Shown here piece after piece: positions 1 to 13,140 of a DNA stretch of 64,000 nt. The stretch comes from Kudoa neothunni (Eukaryota > Animalia > Cnidaria). The notes beneath the pieces were generated by a model. It made no database searches, was not told the origin of the DNA, and was given only the letters and a program-made list of their open reading frames with translations. The stretch is taken from contig OZ199840.1 of the NCBI GenBank assembly GCA_964304625.1, positions 34,323 to 98,322 on the forward strand, given 5' to 3'. The position numbers and the translations under genes are program-made. Positions within the stretch are counted from its first letter, which is position 1. Every line of letters starts with the position of its first letter.

Positions 1-372
1 ATGAGTAATATCTATTCGAGTGTGGTAGAGTAAATAACGATTAATTTCTAATATGTAGAAAAAAATTTAATATTACAAATATCATGCCTCATTTTGTAAT
101 GTAATTTAATAGAAGTTTAATAAAGGTGAAAAATAGCCAGAAATTCTAAATAATCATCATACGTCTCTAGGTAAATCTTAGATTTCATGGTAACCTTAAT
201 AAAATGAAATCCCCATTTATGATTTTCATATATTTTACCCAGTAATATTAAAATTTTTAAATTAACAATTAAGTTGTATTTTAATAACAGAATAAATATA
301 TACTAATCAGAAAATTACGATATATTAAGAAATGATTATCATATCAATTGTGTTTTAGATAGGCTATTTACC

Positions 373-386
373 CGATACAAGTATCG
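373..386. promoter_or_regulatory. Conserved dyad CGATAC-NN-GTATCG about 58 bp upstream of the ATG (copy 1)
   Basis: CGATACAAGTATCG. The same dyad occurs at 13070-13083, 35289-35302, 45136-45149 and 52058-52071 with a variable 2-nt spacer. Confidence 0.5.
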
Positions 387-443
387 GCTTATTATAGTAT
401 TCATTTATTAAGTTCTATTTGTTGGTTTCCTTTATCTTTCATT

Positions 444-3400
444 ATGGTTAAGGATAAATTTTTGAATTCCCTCTTATGTATATAGGTTTTTTCTTACCAT
501 TAATGAATCTTTATTAGGCATGCAAATCGCATTCTTTTGCGTGGGTAGAGAATGCAACAGCGCCCCGCTTCAGCCTCAACGTCTACTCCCTTAGCTATTC
601 TAAATTATCAAATTGAATATGATAGTGCTACTTCCTCTAATGTAGTTAAGCATACACTTGGCGGAACAAGTTATGCTACAGGAAAATGTCGTATATTGAG
701 GTCAAACGAAGCAGAAACTATATTCAACTCAAGTACTCCAGCTGATCTTAAAGAAATTTCAGAATGCCCTGGACGTGAAACTGCCGAAACCACAAAATGC
801 ATAATCGATTGCAATAGCCAAACAAGTAAAGTACCGTATAATAAACTTTCTCCTAGAACAAAATACATGTATGTATACGTTGGTGCAGATGAGGCTGTTT
901 AAAATAGAGCAATATCCAAGAGGTGGAAAGGTGTTTGGTTTGGCCATACGTAATCTAAATAACTTTGAATTGATAAATAATTTAATCAAATTTAGCATTA
1001 TTGGTCAATCCTCAAGTATCGATCTCTATGGCTGCAGAAAAATTGAAACTCCTAACAAAAACTTGCTCCCCCAGTTGCGTGCCCAATCCATTATAAAGAC
1101 GCACAATTCAAGGGGGGTAATGCGGGGCAAACATGTGACGCAGAAAACACAGAGAATGATGTTTGAATTTGATTTATTGATTCCTCATTATGAGATGAGA
1201 TGTGTGAATTATCCCAAGTTTCTTTTATTATATGCCAAATGCATACATGAAGAAAAATATCGCTATTTATGAACCTCAGTATTACGTAACAAAAAAGGCG
1301 GGAGTTGCTAATCAAGTTGTTCTTAAATTCACTGATTTAATGTTATCATCAGAGATATGTGTTTTCAGTATTAAGGACGGTAAAACTGAAGTAGCTAACT
1401 CCGCGTATGAATCGAAATGTGGAAATACTGAGGGAAAGTGTTTACGCACCTTGTAAAAATGTTGAGCTTACTGTAACAGCAGAAAAAGAAATATATAATG
1501 TTCTAATTCAAACCAGGAAATCACGATCTTTCAAAAACATCTGTTGATTTTGATGGATTTTCTCAAAAAAAATTTCGTAATTTATTTTAGTCAATAATTA
1601 TAATTATTTTATTATAAATCTTATAGCGATATCTGAGACTGGAGATGGTTTATTATCTGTTTATACGAAACAAGGTTTAACGTTGGATGGGGGATTTTTA
1701 AATCCATCATCGGGAACTAAGTTCAATACATGCACTCTAAAACATTATCCTGCTGACAAAGTCAATCCTACATCTTCAACTACTTCATGTAACGCGGCCA
1801 CTAAAAAGGATAGTAGTAGTAGTGGTAGTGAGAGTGGTGAATGCAAAACTGGTTGCGAAAAAATTAGTAATTGAACAACTATCACCAGGGAAACCATATA
1901 TAATTGAAATTGAGTCCAGTGGCATAGCAGATTTAACTTCCTTCAAAGAACAAATACTTATAAGAACAAGTAATAATTTGAAATTAAAAATAAACAAAAC
2001 TAATAATCATTAAAAGATAATGAGGAGAACAAAAATTTCCAGAGAAAACTGCCCCTACTAAAACAGAATCAACAACTACACTAACAGCTATTGGAGGTGC
2101 AGCTGAAGGCAATATGAAAGATCAACCAAATTGTGAATACTATTTAAGTCCAACTGGGAAAAAACACATTTTACACCGCTAAATGTACTGAAACCAATCC
2201 CTGTAGAGGAAGATGTAGAGAATCAATAACTATTGTTGATCTTGAACCAAACACTTCTTACGACGTTAGGGTCATTGCTGATAAGGAGTACAAAGAACAC
2301 ATATATACAAATGTTTTAACTAGTATATATATATATATTAACTTATTCAACTCAATCTAGATCTGGCAACCTTGAGAATAACTCAAAAATACACTGAGCA
2401 AGGATTGGAATTGAATGCACAATTGTCCAAAAAAGTCCCAGAAGCCATTTGCCATTATACAATCCAAATAAAAAAAGATGATGAGTTGAAGATGTTTACG
2501 TCTGCGAAGCATCACAGACACCGGCAGCTGCACCAGAAACTCAAATACTCCACCAAGCTCACCAGCCGAATCCAATTCTAATACCGACCAACCACAAACT
2601 GGTACTAGTCAAATTCAAAGTCTAAAATCAGAAATTAATAAATTAAAAATTGCAAGAGCTGAATCTAATACTCCTACTGAAACTGAAACTGATACAGATG
2701 TCACTCCAATTACGACAGTCGATACAACTGCGAGCCCGGTCAATTCAAACACATGCTCCTCGTTTCCATTGTGCAGTTCTATTAAATTCGACGACTATGA
2801 TGCAAATGAAGAGTATAAGTGTCTATTACTGCAGTGGGAAAATCAGAGAGAAATGAAATTACTTTAGTAGCTAGTAAAAATATTTTCGATATTATTATTA
2901 TTATATTAATATTTAAAATAAATAGCCGCTCCCAAAGGGGAATCCCACAGAAAACGACAAAATAATATATGTGACCCATAACAAGGGATGGTGAATCATT
3001 TGTTATAGAAAACACCCTACCATCTAGTCTTAATGAAAAATCCAAATGTAAATGGGAATTACGTAACGCGAGTACCAAATCGATAGCAATTATTAAAAAA
3101 TGCATGAGACGAAATGACAATGGATGTAGAACGTACCCTTCATGCAAATCATTCACTATCAGTGGATTAGCAGATGGCAATAATTATCACTTGACTGTGT
3201 ACAGTTCTATCAATCCAACAATTTATGGGACAGCCACTATTGAGCAAGGTAAAGCATTGTTACTTCGAAAATAATTAAAACTGTAAATTTTAGGAGCCAA
3301 AAGCAGTTCCAGGTTTATTAATTAATATTTTTAAAATAAATAAATAAATTTTTAGTTCTAAAACCATGGTCATGTATTAATTTATTGTGTTTTTACAATT

Positions 3401-3494
3401 TAACTGGTATTGTTTTAGAATAATTGCAGTAGCCGCTATTGGAGCTATGATCATGGGTGCTATTGGTTTCGTGGTTTTCAAGAAGAAAAAATAA
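444..3494 (+). pseudogene. Cys-rich FN3-like type I membrane protein family, copy 1 (10 exons; many single-base frameshifts, either a pseudogene or sequencing error)
   Basis: ATG at 444 (MVKDKFLNSLL..). Colinear with copies 2-6 and ends ...IGAMIMGAIGFVVFKKKK* at 3494. The frame is broken repeatedly at homopolymers (e.g. TTGCTCCCCCAG ~1062-1073, GCGAAAAAATT ~1855-1865, GGGAAAAAAC ~2156-2165). Confidence 0.8.
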
Positions 3495-5498
3495 ACGCCC
3501 TTATTTACGAATTATTGCCCTAAAATCCAACGTAATAGAAATTTAGATTATTTTTCTAATGGTGTGATATTTATGAAAATTTTTTAATTTGTCGACAACT
3601 TAAAATTTATTGATACTTAATCAAATAAAAATATTTTATCTTTGATGTGTTCCAACGTTATTATAAAATTTGATTGGGATGATATGACTCGGATAAAAAT
3701 GTGGGATTGTTAATAAATTTTGAAATTTTTTTTATAATTATTTGAAATTGCTAAAACTTAATGAAATATAATAAACGAATAATATTCATTTTGTTAAACG
3801 ACTTAGTTAAATAAAATATATCTATCGAAAAATAGTTGTAAACGTTGATTAATCTCCCAAATATTTGGATGTTGTATTCGGTTACTTTTATAAATTATAC
3901 ACTAAATAACGGTACTGAATTTATGTGAAATATAAATATCTGAAAACTAGATAACAAGATATGATTAATATTTTTTTTCTGTTTATTAAAAAAATGAGCT
4001 CAACGGCTTGTGTATTGGCATCTAGGATTTTCAACACTAATCAATGCAAACTCATTTCTTGGGAACTATAATTATGGTTTTAGTACTTATTCCAGTTTTT
4101 AATGAAATCTTGGGCTATTTAAAAGCTAATGTTATGTGGAAAATATTAATAAATAAATTAATTATTGGGTTACTTAACACAGTGGGTGACCAGTTTTTCG
4201 CACTGTCGACTCGTTTGTACTTTCAACAAAAAGTAGATTTATGCTGCATTGTTTTTTTTTAAAAAGATATTACCATATTTTTTTATAATAGAATGTATCA
4301 AATTAATAAAACAAATTTTAATTTATATTTGCTATTTTACGTGCTTTTCTTAATGGCCAGTTTTTCGTACATTTTTCAATACTTGTGGAGGTTACAAAAC
4401 GAGTGGTCACCTACTGTACTAAAATTATTTTCCAAAAATCCCTTAGAATCATTTTGCATCTACGTTCAAATCTGGATATAGCGTGGTTATAAAGTTGGAC
4501 ACCGATTTTATAAATTTTTGAATCACTTAAGTTCGTAATCAATTTTACTTTATTTTGCAATAACACATACGGAGGAAAAATGTTTTCAAGTCTAATGTTC
4601 TCCGATATCGAGTTTCCCTTCATATGGCGTGACATTTTAAGTTTGGTAACTGGGTTAGCGCGAGTTCGGAATTATCAAGAAAAAGTTCAGTATTGACGAA
4701 AATGTGAAGCGATAGAATTTTTGTAAATTTATAAAAGTAATCATTTAGGGGAAAACATAAAAACTTTAAAATTTAACGTATACGGTATATTTATTTCTCT
4801 AGCATACTTGAAAATTATATCAAGATTGGCGAATTGTGATTTTCCTGGCAAAAAAAAGTTGCGTTTTGAAAATTTTAAGATTCGGATGCTAAAGTGTATA
4901 ATTTAGGCTCCAAATTAAGACATTTAGATTGATCAATTATTGCTAATGTTATTATGAAAATAGTCGCCTTAACACTGTAGAGTGTGATCTTAACAGTCTT
5001 GGTACACGTATAGGCTGACTTTGTAGATTAAATATTTTGATCACAAATTTTTCTTTTGCATTAAGAATTTTTTATATTAAATTAATATTAAAATTATATA
5101 CAATTTGAAATTTATTTTTTTTAAATAAATAAATAATTGACTATAATTTAAAGTCTTTTTAATGCGCCCGCTAAAATATGGGAAATGGAAAGTTATTTAA
5201 ATTAACCGATTCGTACATTGGTTACGCGCAAAAAAAAAGAACACGAAATACAGTATTTCAAAAACTTGGATGCAACCATGTTGTATTAAAATAGATAAAT
5301 TATAATAAACGCATATAGGTAATAGTTTACTATTTCTTCATATTTAGACATATTGGGTGGTATGACTTTGCGTGATTAGAATAATATTGTAGTTGGACTG
5401 ATGTTATTTCATTAGGTTCATTAAAGACGGCCTTCCATTTATTCCTCCATTTTTGTGGATGATTGATTTTTTGGTGAAAAATTCCACGATAAGATTAA

Positions 5499-6577
5499 TC
5501 CTTTGGACCCCCCGAATTTAATTCAGCGACTGAAAAAAATTTTGTTTGCTCATTCTGTTAAATTTTAAATAATTCTATATAAAATATCCAAAAATTGGAG
5601 AAGTCATTTTAAAAATTAAAGATACACAAAAGGTGCCAAATGGTAACATTGGGACGCGGCTTATTTCAATATGCGGGAGTGCGACTGTGCTTGTTTTTAT
5701 GTTACTTTGTTTTTAACCAAGAAGTTACTCTTCCACCATCAGAAATGAAATATTAAATTATTCGTTATATTTTTGATAGTCCAAAAAGCAGTTTCTGTTT
5801 TTATTGAGGTACAAAGAAATATTACACTTAATGCAAATATGTTCAAATAAGTGAAATATTCAAATATAATATCTTCAACTTATTCAGAAATATCAGCTGT
5901 TTCAATGCCATTGTTTATTTAATTTTTCGCGTTTATTGTCTAATTTAAGCGGTAGTCATCTTACTCCCCATCATTAGAACTGTATTCGGATACAATGCCA
6001 TCATATTGACTACACAAAATGGAATCCGATTCCAGTCCAACGTCTGATTTGTTCCCATCTGGTAACAATATGATTCTTTAAAAGTATGCTCTATTCTTTC
6101 TTCCCCACTGACCTATTCATTATCCATTCCAAAGAATATAAGCACATTTAAATCAAGGGTCGAACGTTGTCGTGTGACGACGTTCACTGTACCCGCTGGC
6201 CCAATATTGCCGTGTGGCAACATGGATTAATCTGCCCCTATAGTATTCATACCAAAACATATTTTCATGTTAGATTAATCTTTAGAATAAACTTATTTAA
6301 TACTATACTTATATATTTTTTAATTTTACTGAAACCTCAAAATTCCAAGTTCAATTACAGGATACTTTTAGCCTTTTTTTATACTTGCCGTAGAGTTAGA
6401 TATTCATCTGTATTTCCCTTGATATAAAACATAAAAAGTTTTGTAATTCATTTATATAAAATCAAATAAACATTAACTATATTATTATAATAAAGATAGA
6501 TTTAAAAATGTAATTACATGGTTAAAACACTCACAAAAGTAAAATGTTTCCATTTGGCAACATAGGGGTTTAAAGGA
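5499..6577. mobile_element. Non-autonomous piggyBac-like element
   Basis: TTAA (5495-5498) then TCCTTTGGACCCC ... GGGGTTTAAAGGA then TTAA (6578-6581). Terminal inverted repeats match 11/13. Subterminal GCCAAATGG / CCATTTGGC. Confidence 0.6.
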
Positions 6578-6619
6578 TTAAGGGATGGTTCATACGAAAG
6601 AAGAAACAAAAGTTTGTGG

Positions 6620-7470
6620 TCTTTTGAATCTAGTTTCCGTCGAATAAGGTCGGTTTTATTGAACCTTACACCGCTCGTAATTAATAGCTCACTTTGAATT
6701 ATATAATCAGTAAAATCATTAAGAAGTTTCTCTATTAAAATCTCGAAAAATTGCTGTTTTCACAATACCATTTGTCAGCTGAAACGTCTAAACTTTATCA
6801 GAGCAAACATAGGCAACCAATTACGATGTTATTAGAGCGAACACTTTTTACTTTCATGTTCAAGTGCGAACCTGAAACCGACCTTCCAAATAATGTTCGT
6901 CTCATATAAAGCGAGAAGCCAGACTCATCAATGTAAATTACAGGAAAATGGAGTGGTTTAGATTCCAGTTATTTTGGAACTTAATTAATAAATATAACAT
7001 ATACCTTTAATTAATTAAAACAATTTTTGCGTTTCGATATGCAATCCTGAGAATTCCACGCAATTGGTACAATTGAAATATTGTTGAGGGCGTAATGGAA
7101 CTGGCTCAAAGAGTTATCAATAATATGTCTAGAAACGCCGATATTATGTTCTTGTAGGTTATTGGCGATTGAATCTAATGTGATTGTGCAATCTTCATTC
7201 ACTAAGCTTTGGATATTGTGATTTGTGGACGGTTGTCAATCTTGATCTCCAGTCCCCAGCTCTTCTTAGAAATGCATTCTTCGTCGGCCGACTTCATCGT
7301 CATCCTCGAATTCTTTTAAAAAACCATGAGATCGTTGATTTGAAGACTCCAACCGTTTTTTTTTCGATTTAAACATGAGTGCAATTTTCCTTGATATCCT
7401 TCAAAATAGTTTAACTAACGCCATACACTTTCGGTAACCTATGATAGTTTGTTTCGTTGTGTCTTCTAAA
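6620..7470 (-). mobile_element. Decayed IS630/Tc1-mariner superfamily transposase
   Basis: Minus strand reads NEDCTITLDSIANNLQEHNIGVSRHIIDNSL (HTH-like), then IYIDESGFSLYMRR (first catalytic D motif). Stops and frameshifts; ends approximate. Confidence 0.6.
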
Positions 7471-8348
7471 AAAATATACTTTCTTTTAGTGACATAAAGC
7501 TGTGATGAATTATGATCCGACATGGTTATTTGTAATAACGCGAACCAGTTTAATTTTGATCTGACGTTGTTGCATTTAGGTCTTGAAATATTGTATAGTC
7601 GTCAACCAATTTTTTACAACTTATTTAATGTCGCTTAATTTTAATTTTAAATGTTCCTGATGTTTATATAAACAAGTATATTCAACTCAATGACATTTTT
7701 TCAAAGAATTGGTTGTAAAGAATGCAAAACATACATCCAAATTCACGTGACTTGCCGATTTTTCACATTTTTTTCTCATTGTCTGGAGGGATTGGGTGAA
7801 TGGGTTATCTGCTATATTTAAGGAGCAATATAGGATCCATGCAAGTCACTAAAATCGCCACTCTATTTTTGAAGTCAAAGTGACGATTTAAAATATTGCT
7901 TTGATATTCGCGCTTAAAATTTAAAATTCATCATCATCTGAATCATTGGAATCTCGATATCTTTCGTCATCCGATTCTGCCTCAATATTTTTAGTGTTGG
8001 GAGAATCCTGCCTGTCCATTAGCACAATCTGCCCGGAATTATTCGCACGCAGAAAGACAATCATCTCTGTTATTGTCGTTCCGTTTCCTTATGTCCAAAA
8101 ACAATGTTAAAATCCATTCGAACTAACTATCGGAAGTTCTCAAACCCTATTGTCCATTATAATATCCACGTGAAGATTATTGTGTTTTTTGGTATATATA
8201 ATCATTGCTTAATTAAATATCACATTAAATATTTAATTTGTTTTGATACTTATTTTTTCAAATGTTAAAAAGATTAATTATAGTGTGAAATTAATAAAGA
8301 ATAACTAACTATTTCATATTTCACATAGCTGTTAGTTAGATTTATTAA

Positions 8349-10890
8349 CCTTAAAAGTAAACTGGGGTCCCTTTGGACCCAAACGAGATTGCCACCTCGT
8401 TTTCTCAGTCGTTATATAATTACTAGAATTTAAACTCCTTCAATTCCCGTAAAACATGATTATCTGTAAAGGAATAGATTTATTGGAATTTTCATCCGTC
8501 ATAGCAATTTTTATAACAAAAACACCTTCGGAGTATAATTGGGATCCATTTGGACCACATTTTTTTTGATATTTTAAAAGCATATTATTTATATTAATTT
8601 TCAGATGGAAATTGGCATTAAAAATATTTTACATACCAAAATCTAATAAACAATTTTATGTCGCGCATACGTGAGTGTGCAAGTTTCTGTTGTGAGAGTA
8701 TGGATTTCTTCTTAGGAAATAGCGAGGAGAGTATTGACACTAATGAATCTGAAACACAGGACCTAGTGGATTTGAAAGAGAGTGTCAGCAATGAGAAGAA
8801 AGAAAATCTTGTGCGTGATAAAAATAACGATTCGCTTGTAGACAAAAATAACTGTCTATGAAGTGTAATAAAATCAAAAAAACTAACGTGGCTGCAGAAA
8901 ATAAAATGAATTTTCTTCGAGGTGTGACTGTGTACGCCACTCAAAAGATCTCTAGTATTGTATGATGTTTTCATCATTTCTTCCCAATAGAAATAGTGGA
9001 ACAAACAATTAAGTATGCCAATCAATGTGGTAAGAATCATTATGGTAATAAATGGAGAGATGTTGAAGTCGATGAAATGCATGGTTTTATTGGCTGTTTA
9101 TTGTACGTGGCAATCCATAAGGATAGACAAGACGCTATTATTGACATGTTTAGTTGTGACGAAAGTAGGAAAATATACAAATATTTTTTTTCCTTGTACA
9201 TATTCAGGCAATTAACAAGAGCATCCCACATTGATAATGCAGAATCTAGGAAGGAACGGCGGTAGCACGAACAATTTTGCCCAATTAGAGAAATATGGGA
9301 CATTTGGGTCAACGTGGCGAAAAAATGTAATAACCCCGGAGAGAATGTACGTCTTGATGAGCAATTGGCTTATTTTAGCCGATTATAAAAAATAAGCTAG
9401 CAAATTATGGCTTAAAATTTTTCCTATTGGTTGATCCAGCATCTTCATATGTGTTAAATATTGATGCTTACGTCGACAAAAAATGTCTTTTAGATATGAT
9501 ATCAAAATTTATGATGTGGGGAAAAATTTTGCATTAAAATTAACTGAAAATTTGGTCAACTTAGGATGCAATTTGGTGTGTGATAATTATTTTACTTCTA
9601 TTCCTTTGGCTGAAAAGTTACTTAAAAGAACAATGACATTACTCGGTATCATCTGAATAAAAAAGCGAGATATTCCTCCATTTCTCCTCCCCGATAGAAA
9701 AACTCCTGTCAACGAATCGAAGTTTATTTTTAGAGACAAAAAATGTTAGTTTCGTTTTTGGAAAAAAACCAGTGTTACTTTTATCTATTTTGTACCCCAA
9801 CACATCTATTTCTAGGGAATCCCCACATAAACCTGAGGTCATCTTAGAGTATAACGCTGCCAGAGGAGGCGTCGATACAGTTGACCGCATGCTGGCCTCT
9901 GTCTCCGTCGGAAGATTTGCCAGACGATTGCCTTTGATTTTTTTTATAATATGGTCGGCATATCTCTGATAAATGCCTTTGTTGTTTAAAAAGAAATATT
10001 CAACGATCCTAGTATCAAACGGCGCAATTTCTTTAAAAAAGTAGCATATGAGCTATGCGAACCATTGAGATGCAAAAACAATCCAAATATCCAACTAGCC
10101 ACGAAGGAAGTAACCCTAAGCATGAAATCTCCAAAAAAGAATATCATTGATCGTAACCCTAAAAATTGATGTGTTTTATGTAGTCGAGACAAAGATAAAA
10201 AAACATTTAAAATGCAAGCTCTGTGAGGTTCCATGCTGCAAACAACATGCAATATATGTTTGTACCAATTTCTTACCGTATTTTTCTCAAATATAATGAA
10301 TTACTTATTCTTTCTATTTGATACTGATTCAAGTTATTTGCCATTTTTTATTGTACTGTCATGGAAATAATATGATTGTCCAAATTTAAAATTATTTGCA
10401 AACCATTTAATTTATTGGTTACGTGATTTTTAAATTGTCCTATTTTCATTTTGATAATGAAAGAAAAATTATATTTATAGGGATTTACTAATTATATTCG
10501 TTTGCAATCCATAGTAGATTTGATAGCTTTTCGCGTAGAGCTTAATTGAAATTCGTGATTCTATCATTAAAATAAATTTCAGCCCATTTTATTTATTTTT
10601 AAGAATAATTTAAACAGATATATTATGTGTTTATGGAGTTATTAACGAATTCTAGTAACAGTCATTTTAAAATAATCAGTCGTAATATTTATGAAGGAAC
10701 AATGCACGTAGACGCACGCGCCGGTGAAAACAAGACGTGAAATTATTAACGAAAAGAACACTTTTTAAAATTAAAATTTTACAGATTGATAAAAAACTAT
10801 ATTATTCAATGAAATGATAAAATAAAATCTAGGGTCAAAATGAACCCCAATTATACTCCGAGGGGATCTGCCTAATTGTTACTTAGAAGG
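8349..10890 (+). mobile_element. piggyBac transposon with degraded transposase
   Basis: TTAA at 8345-8348 and 10891-10894. TIR CCTTAAAAGTAA / TTACTTAGAAGG. Subterminal IR CCTTCGGAGTATAATTGGG (~8525) vs CCCCAATTATACTCCGAGG (~10845). Transposase motifs PIREIWD..NPGENVRLDEQL, LVCDNYFTSIPLAEKLL, KPEVILEYNAARGGVDTVDRML and a Cys-rich C-terminus. Confidence 0.9.
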
Positions 10891-10894
10891 TTAA

Positions 10895-11100
10895 CTTTAT
10901 TGTTGGAATTGACTGGCAGTTTCAACAAGGTAAATGAGTTCATGTGTGAACAATCACTTTTGAGGATTTGTTCGTTATTAGAAAAAACCCTCTCGGGGCT
11001 CGAGTTGTCGGTATATCTCAAAAAAATAACTGTTACCAACTTTCTTAGATTTCGATATTTAGAATCTTCCAATAGTCTAAGGCGAGGGTGATAAGTTCGT
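10895..11100 (-). mobile_element. hAT transposase C-terminal (dimerisation domain) remnant
   Basis: KYRNLRKLVTVIFLRYTDNSSPERVFSNNEQIL..MNSFTL fits the hATC 'ERxFS' pattern. It abuts the piggyBac TTAA. Confidence 0.5.
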
Positions 11101-13140
11101 GTTCGCTCTCAAGACTTCAAATTTTTTGAACGAACGAAATTGCCATCCTTCTTAGAAATAATCTCCACAATATGTAACCAAACTTTAGAATATTATATAA
11201 TTAATAAATTGTTTTTTTATTTCAAATTTTTTGCTTTATTTTTGCTGCAATATTAACTTTCACACACGGCTTGAATAGGATGCCGAATAATAAATTTAAC
11301 TTTTGATCGTACGTCCGGCGAGATTTCGCCAGACAAGAGTTATCTGCGTTTTAAGCTATGGTAGGTCATTTGAATACTAAATAAAGAAATTGGAATTACT
11401 TTTCTACAACAGAAACTGCTAAAAATATACATACAGGGAAGGTTTGCATCCATCTTAACCTTGTTCCATGGAATGATTTTAATAGATATATAATTAATTT
11501 TCTGTCAATCTGTAAAAACTCTAATGTTAAATTTATAACCATTTTACAAAATATAATCATAATTAAAGATTAATAATTTTTTTCACAACGGAGTAATTTA
11601 CTAAAAACAAACACATTCAAAAAAAATATGTAAATTTTATTTGACATTTTTATATTTATTATACGCAGAAAAGTTAATTTAAAAATAAATTTTTGTTCAA
11701 TATTTAAATTAAGGTAAAAAAGGAAACCCTCATAAACGATAAGAAAAGTTTATATTAATGCCTACATTAGATGACGTGATGTTTAACATAAGATATGGTG
11801 GTGCAAATTTTGAGTTTAAATATAAACTGATAAATATTCATATCTGAAAGTCAGAAAGAATTATCTCAATCAATTTTGGATCAATTGTAATTTCAAATAA
11901 ATCAACATGGTATTAGAATAGTAAATATAGTTTTGTATTGTCTAATTTTAGGGAATTTTAGAATGAGCGGCTTTTAACTCATTCAAAAATTGGAATTTAC
12001 TCTTAAAATGTATCATTTTATTATCAAGTGAAAATTTAAGTTCTTTAGCTTATAAAGTTAGCAATACATGAATTCTCAAATTTGAGAATTAATTAATTTA
12101 GGAAATATCTTTAATAACTATAAAATTAGTTTAAGCTGCAAATGATGGTAAACTTTAAAAAATAGTTTAAGTTAATGATTATAATATTTTTCAAATAAAT
12201 AACCTAATTTACCAATGAATCAAATCTTGTTTTTTGATTTCTGTTTTAGGTCGGAAATAATTATATTAACTTTTAGGAAAGATCAATTAATTTACTTTGA
12301 AAAACATTTTGTTTTATTGGCTAAATATTATATTTAGCTCGAATTTTTTATATGAAGTCCAAAAATCTCTTGTTAAAATATCCGAATGATGGAATATTTT
12401 AAGTTATTTTCTTGTATTAGATTTCACGAGTATTTTTGTGTAATCTCACTTATATAATTTTAAGTGAAATATCCAAAATTAAAATTTAAAGGATTGATTT
12501 TGTATTACATTTTGTAAGGTTAAGAAGAGTTTAATAAAGACACATTATTGTACGATGCTGATTTATGAATTTCGGTTATTTAACGTTACGTAAATAACTT
12601 CATTTTTAACCAAAAAATCGTTTTTCTATTTTTTATGTTGAAAAGTTATTGTTATTATGTTAATTTATAAAATTTCTTAATAGGAATTATCTTCGTATTA
12701 TCACCAATATCTATTTGAGTGTGGTAGAGATAATAAAGATTGATTTCTAATATGTATAAAAAATGTAATAATACAAATATCTGATCTATTTTGTAATGAA
12801 ATTCAATAGAAAATTGATATAGATAAAAATGGCTTCAAATTCTAAAGAATCCATCATACGTCATCAGGTAAACCTTGGATTTCATGGTAATCTTAATAAA
12901 ATGAAATCCACTCTTATGATTTTCATATTTTGTATCTCGTATTATTAAAATTTCTAAATTAATAATTAGGTTGTATTTTAATAATAAAAAAATATAAACT
13001 AATCAGAAAATTAAAATCAATGAAGAATTGGATTAATAAATCAATTGTCTTTTAGATAGGCTATTTACCCGATACGAGTATCGACTTATTATAGTATTCA
13101 TTTATTCAGTATTATTGGTTGTTTCGTTTTACCTTTCATT

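Noticed and set aside
4178-4980. CACAGTG start suggesting a Transib/RSS-like element where the copy 1 and copy 2 flanks diverge
   Set aside because: The candidate right end (CACTGTAG ~4973) matches poorly, and there is no TSD, nonamer or transposase motif. Probably a TE but not classifiable, and no evidence for RAG-like recombination.
7900-8160. Possible hAT C-terminal tail (TITEMIVFLRAN followed by an acidic stretch) on the minus strand
   Set aside because: Too short and degenerate to support as a feature.
11312-11334. GC-rich stem-loop GTCCGGCGAGATTTCGCCAGAC
   Set aside because: An isolated hairpin with no tRNA, snRNA or other ncRNA features.
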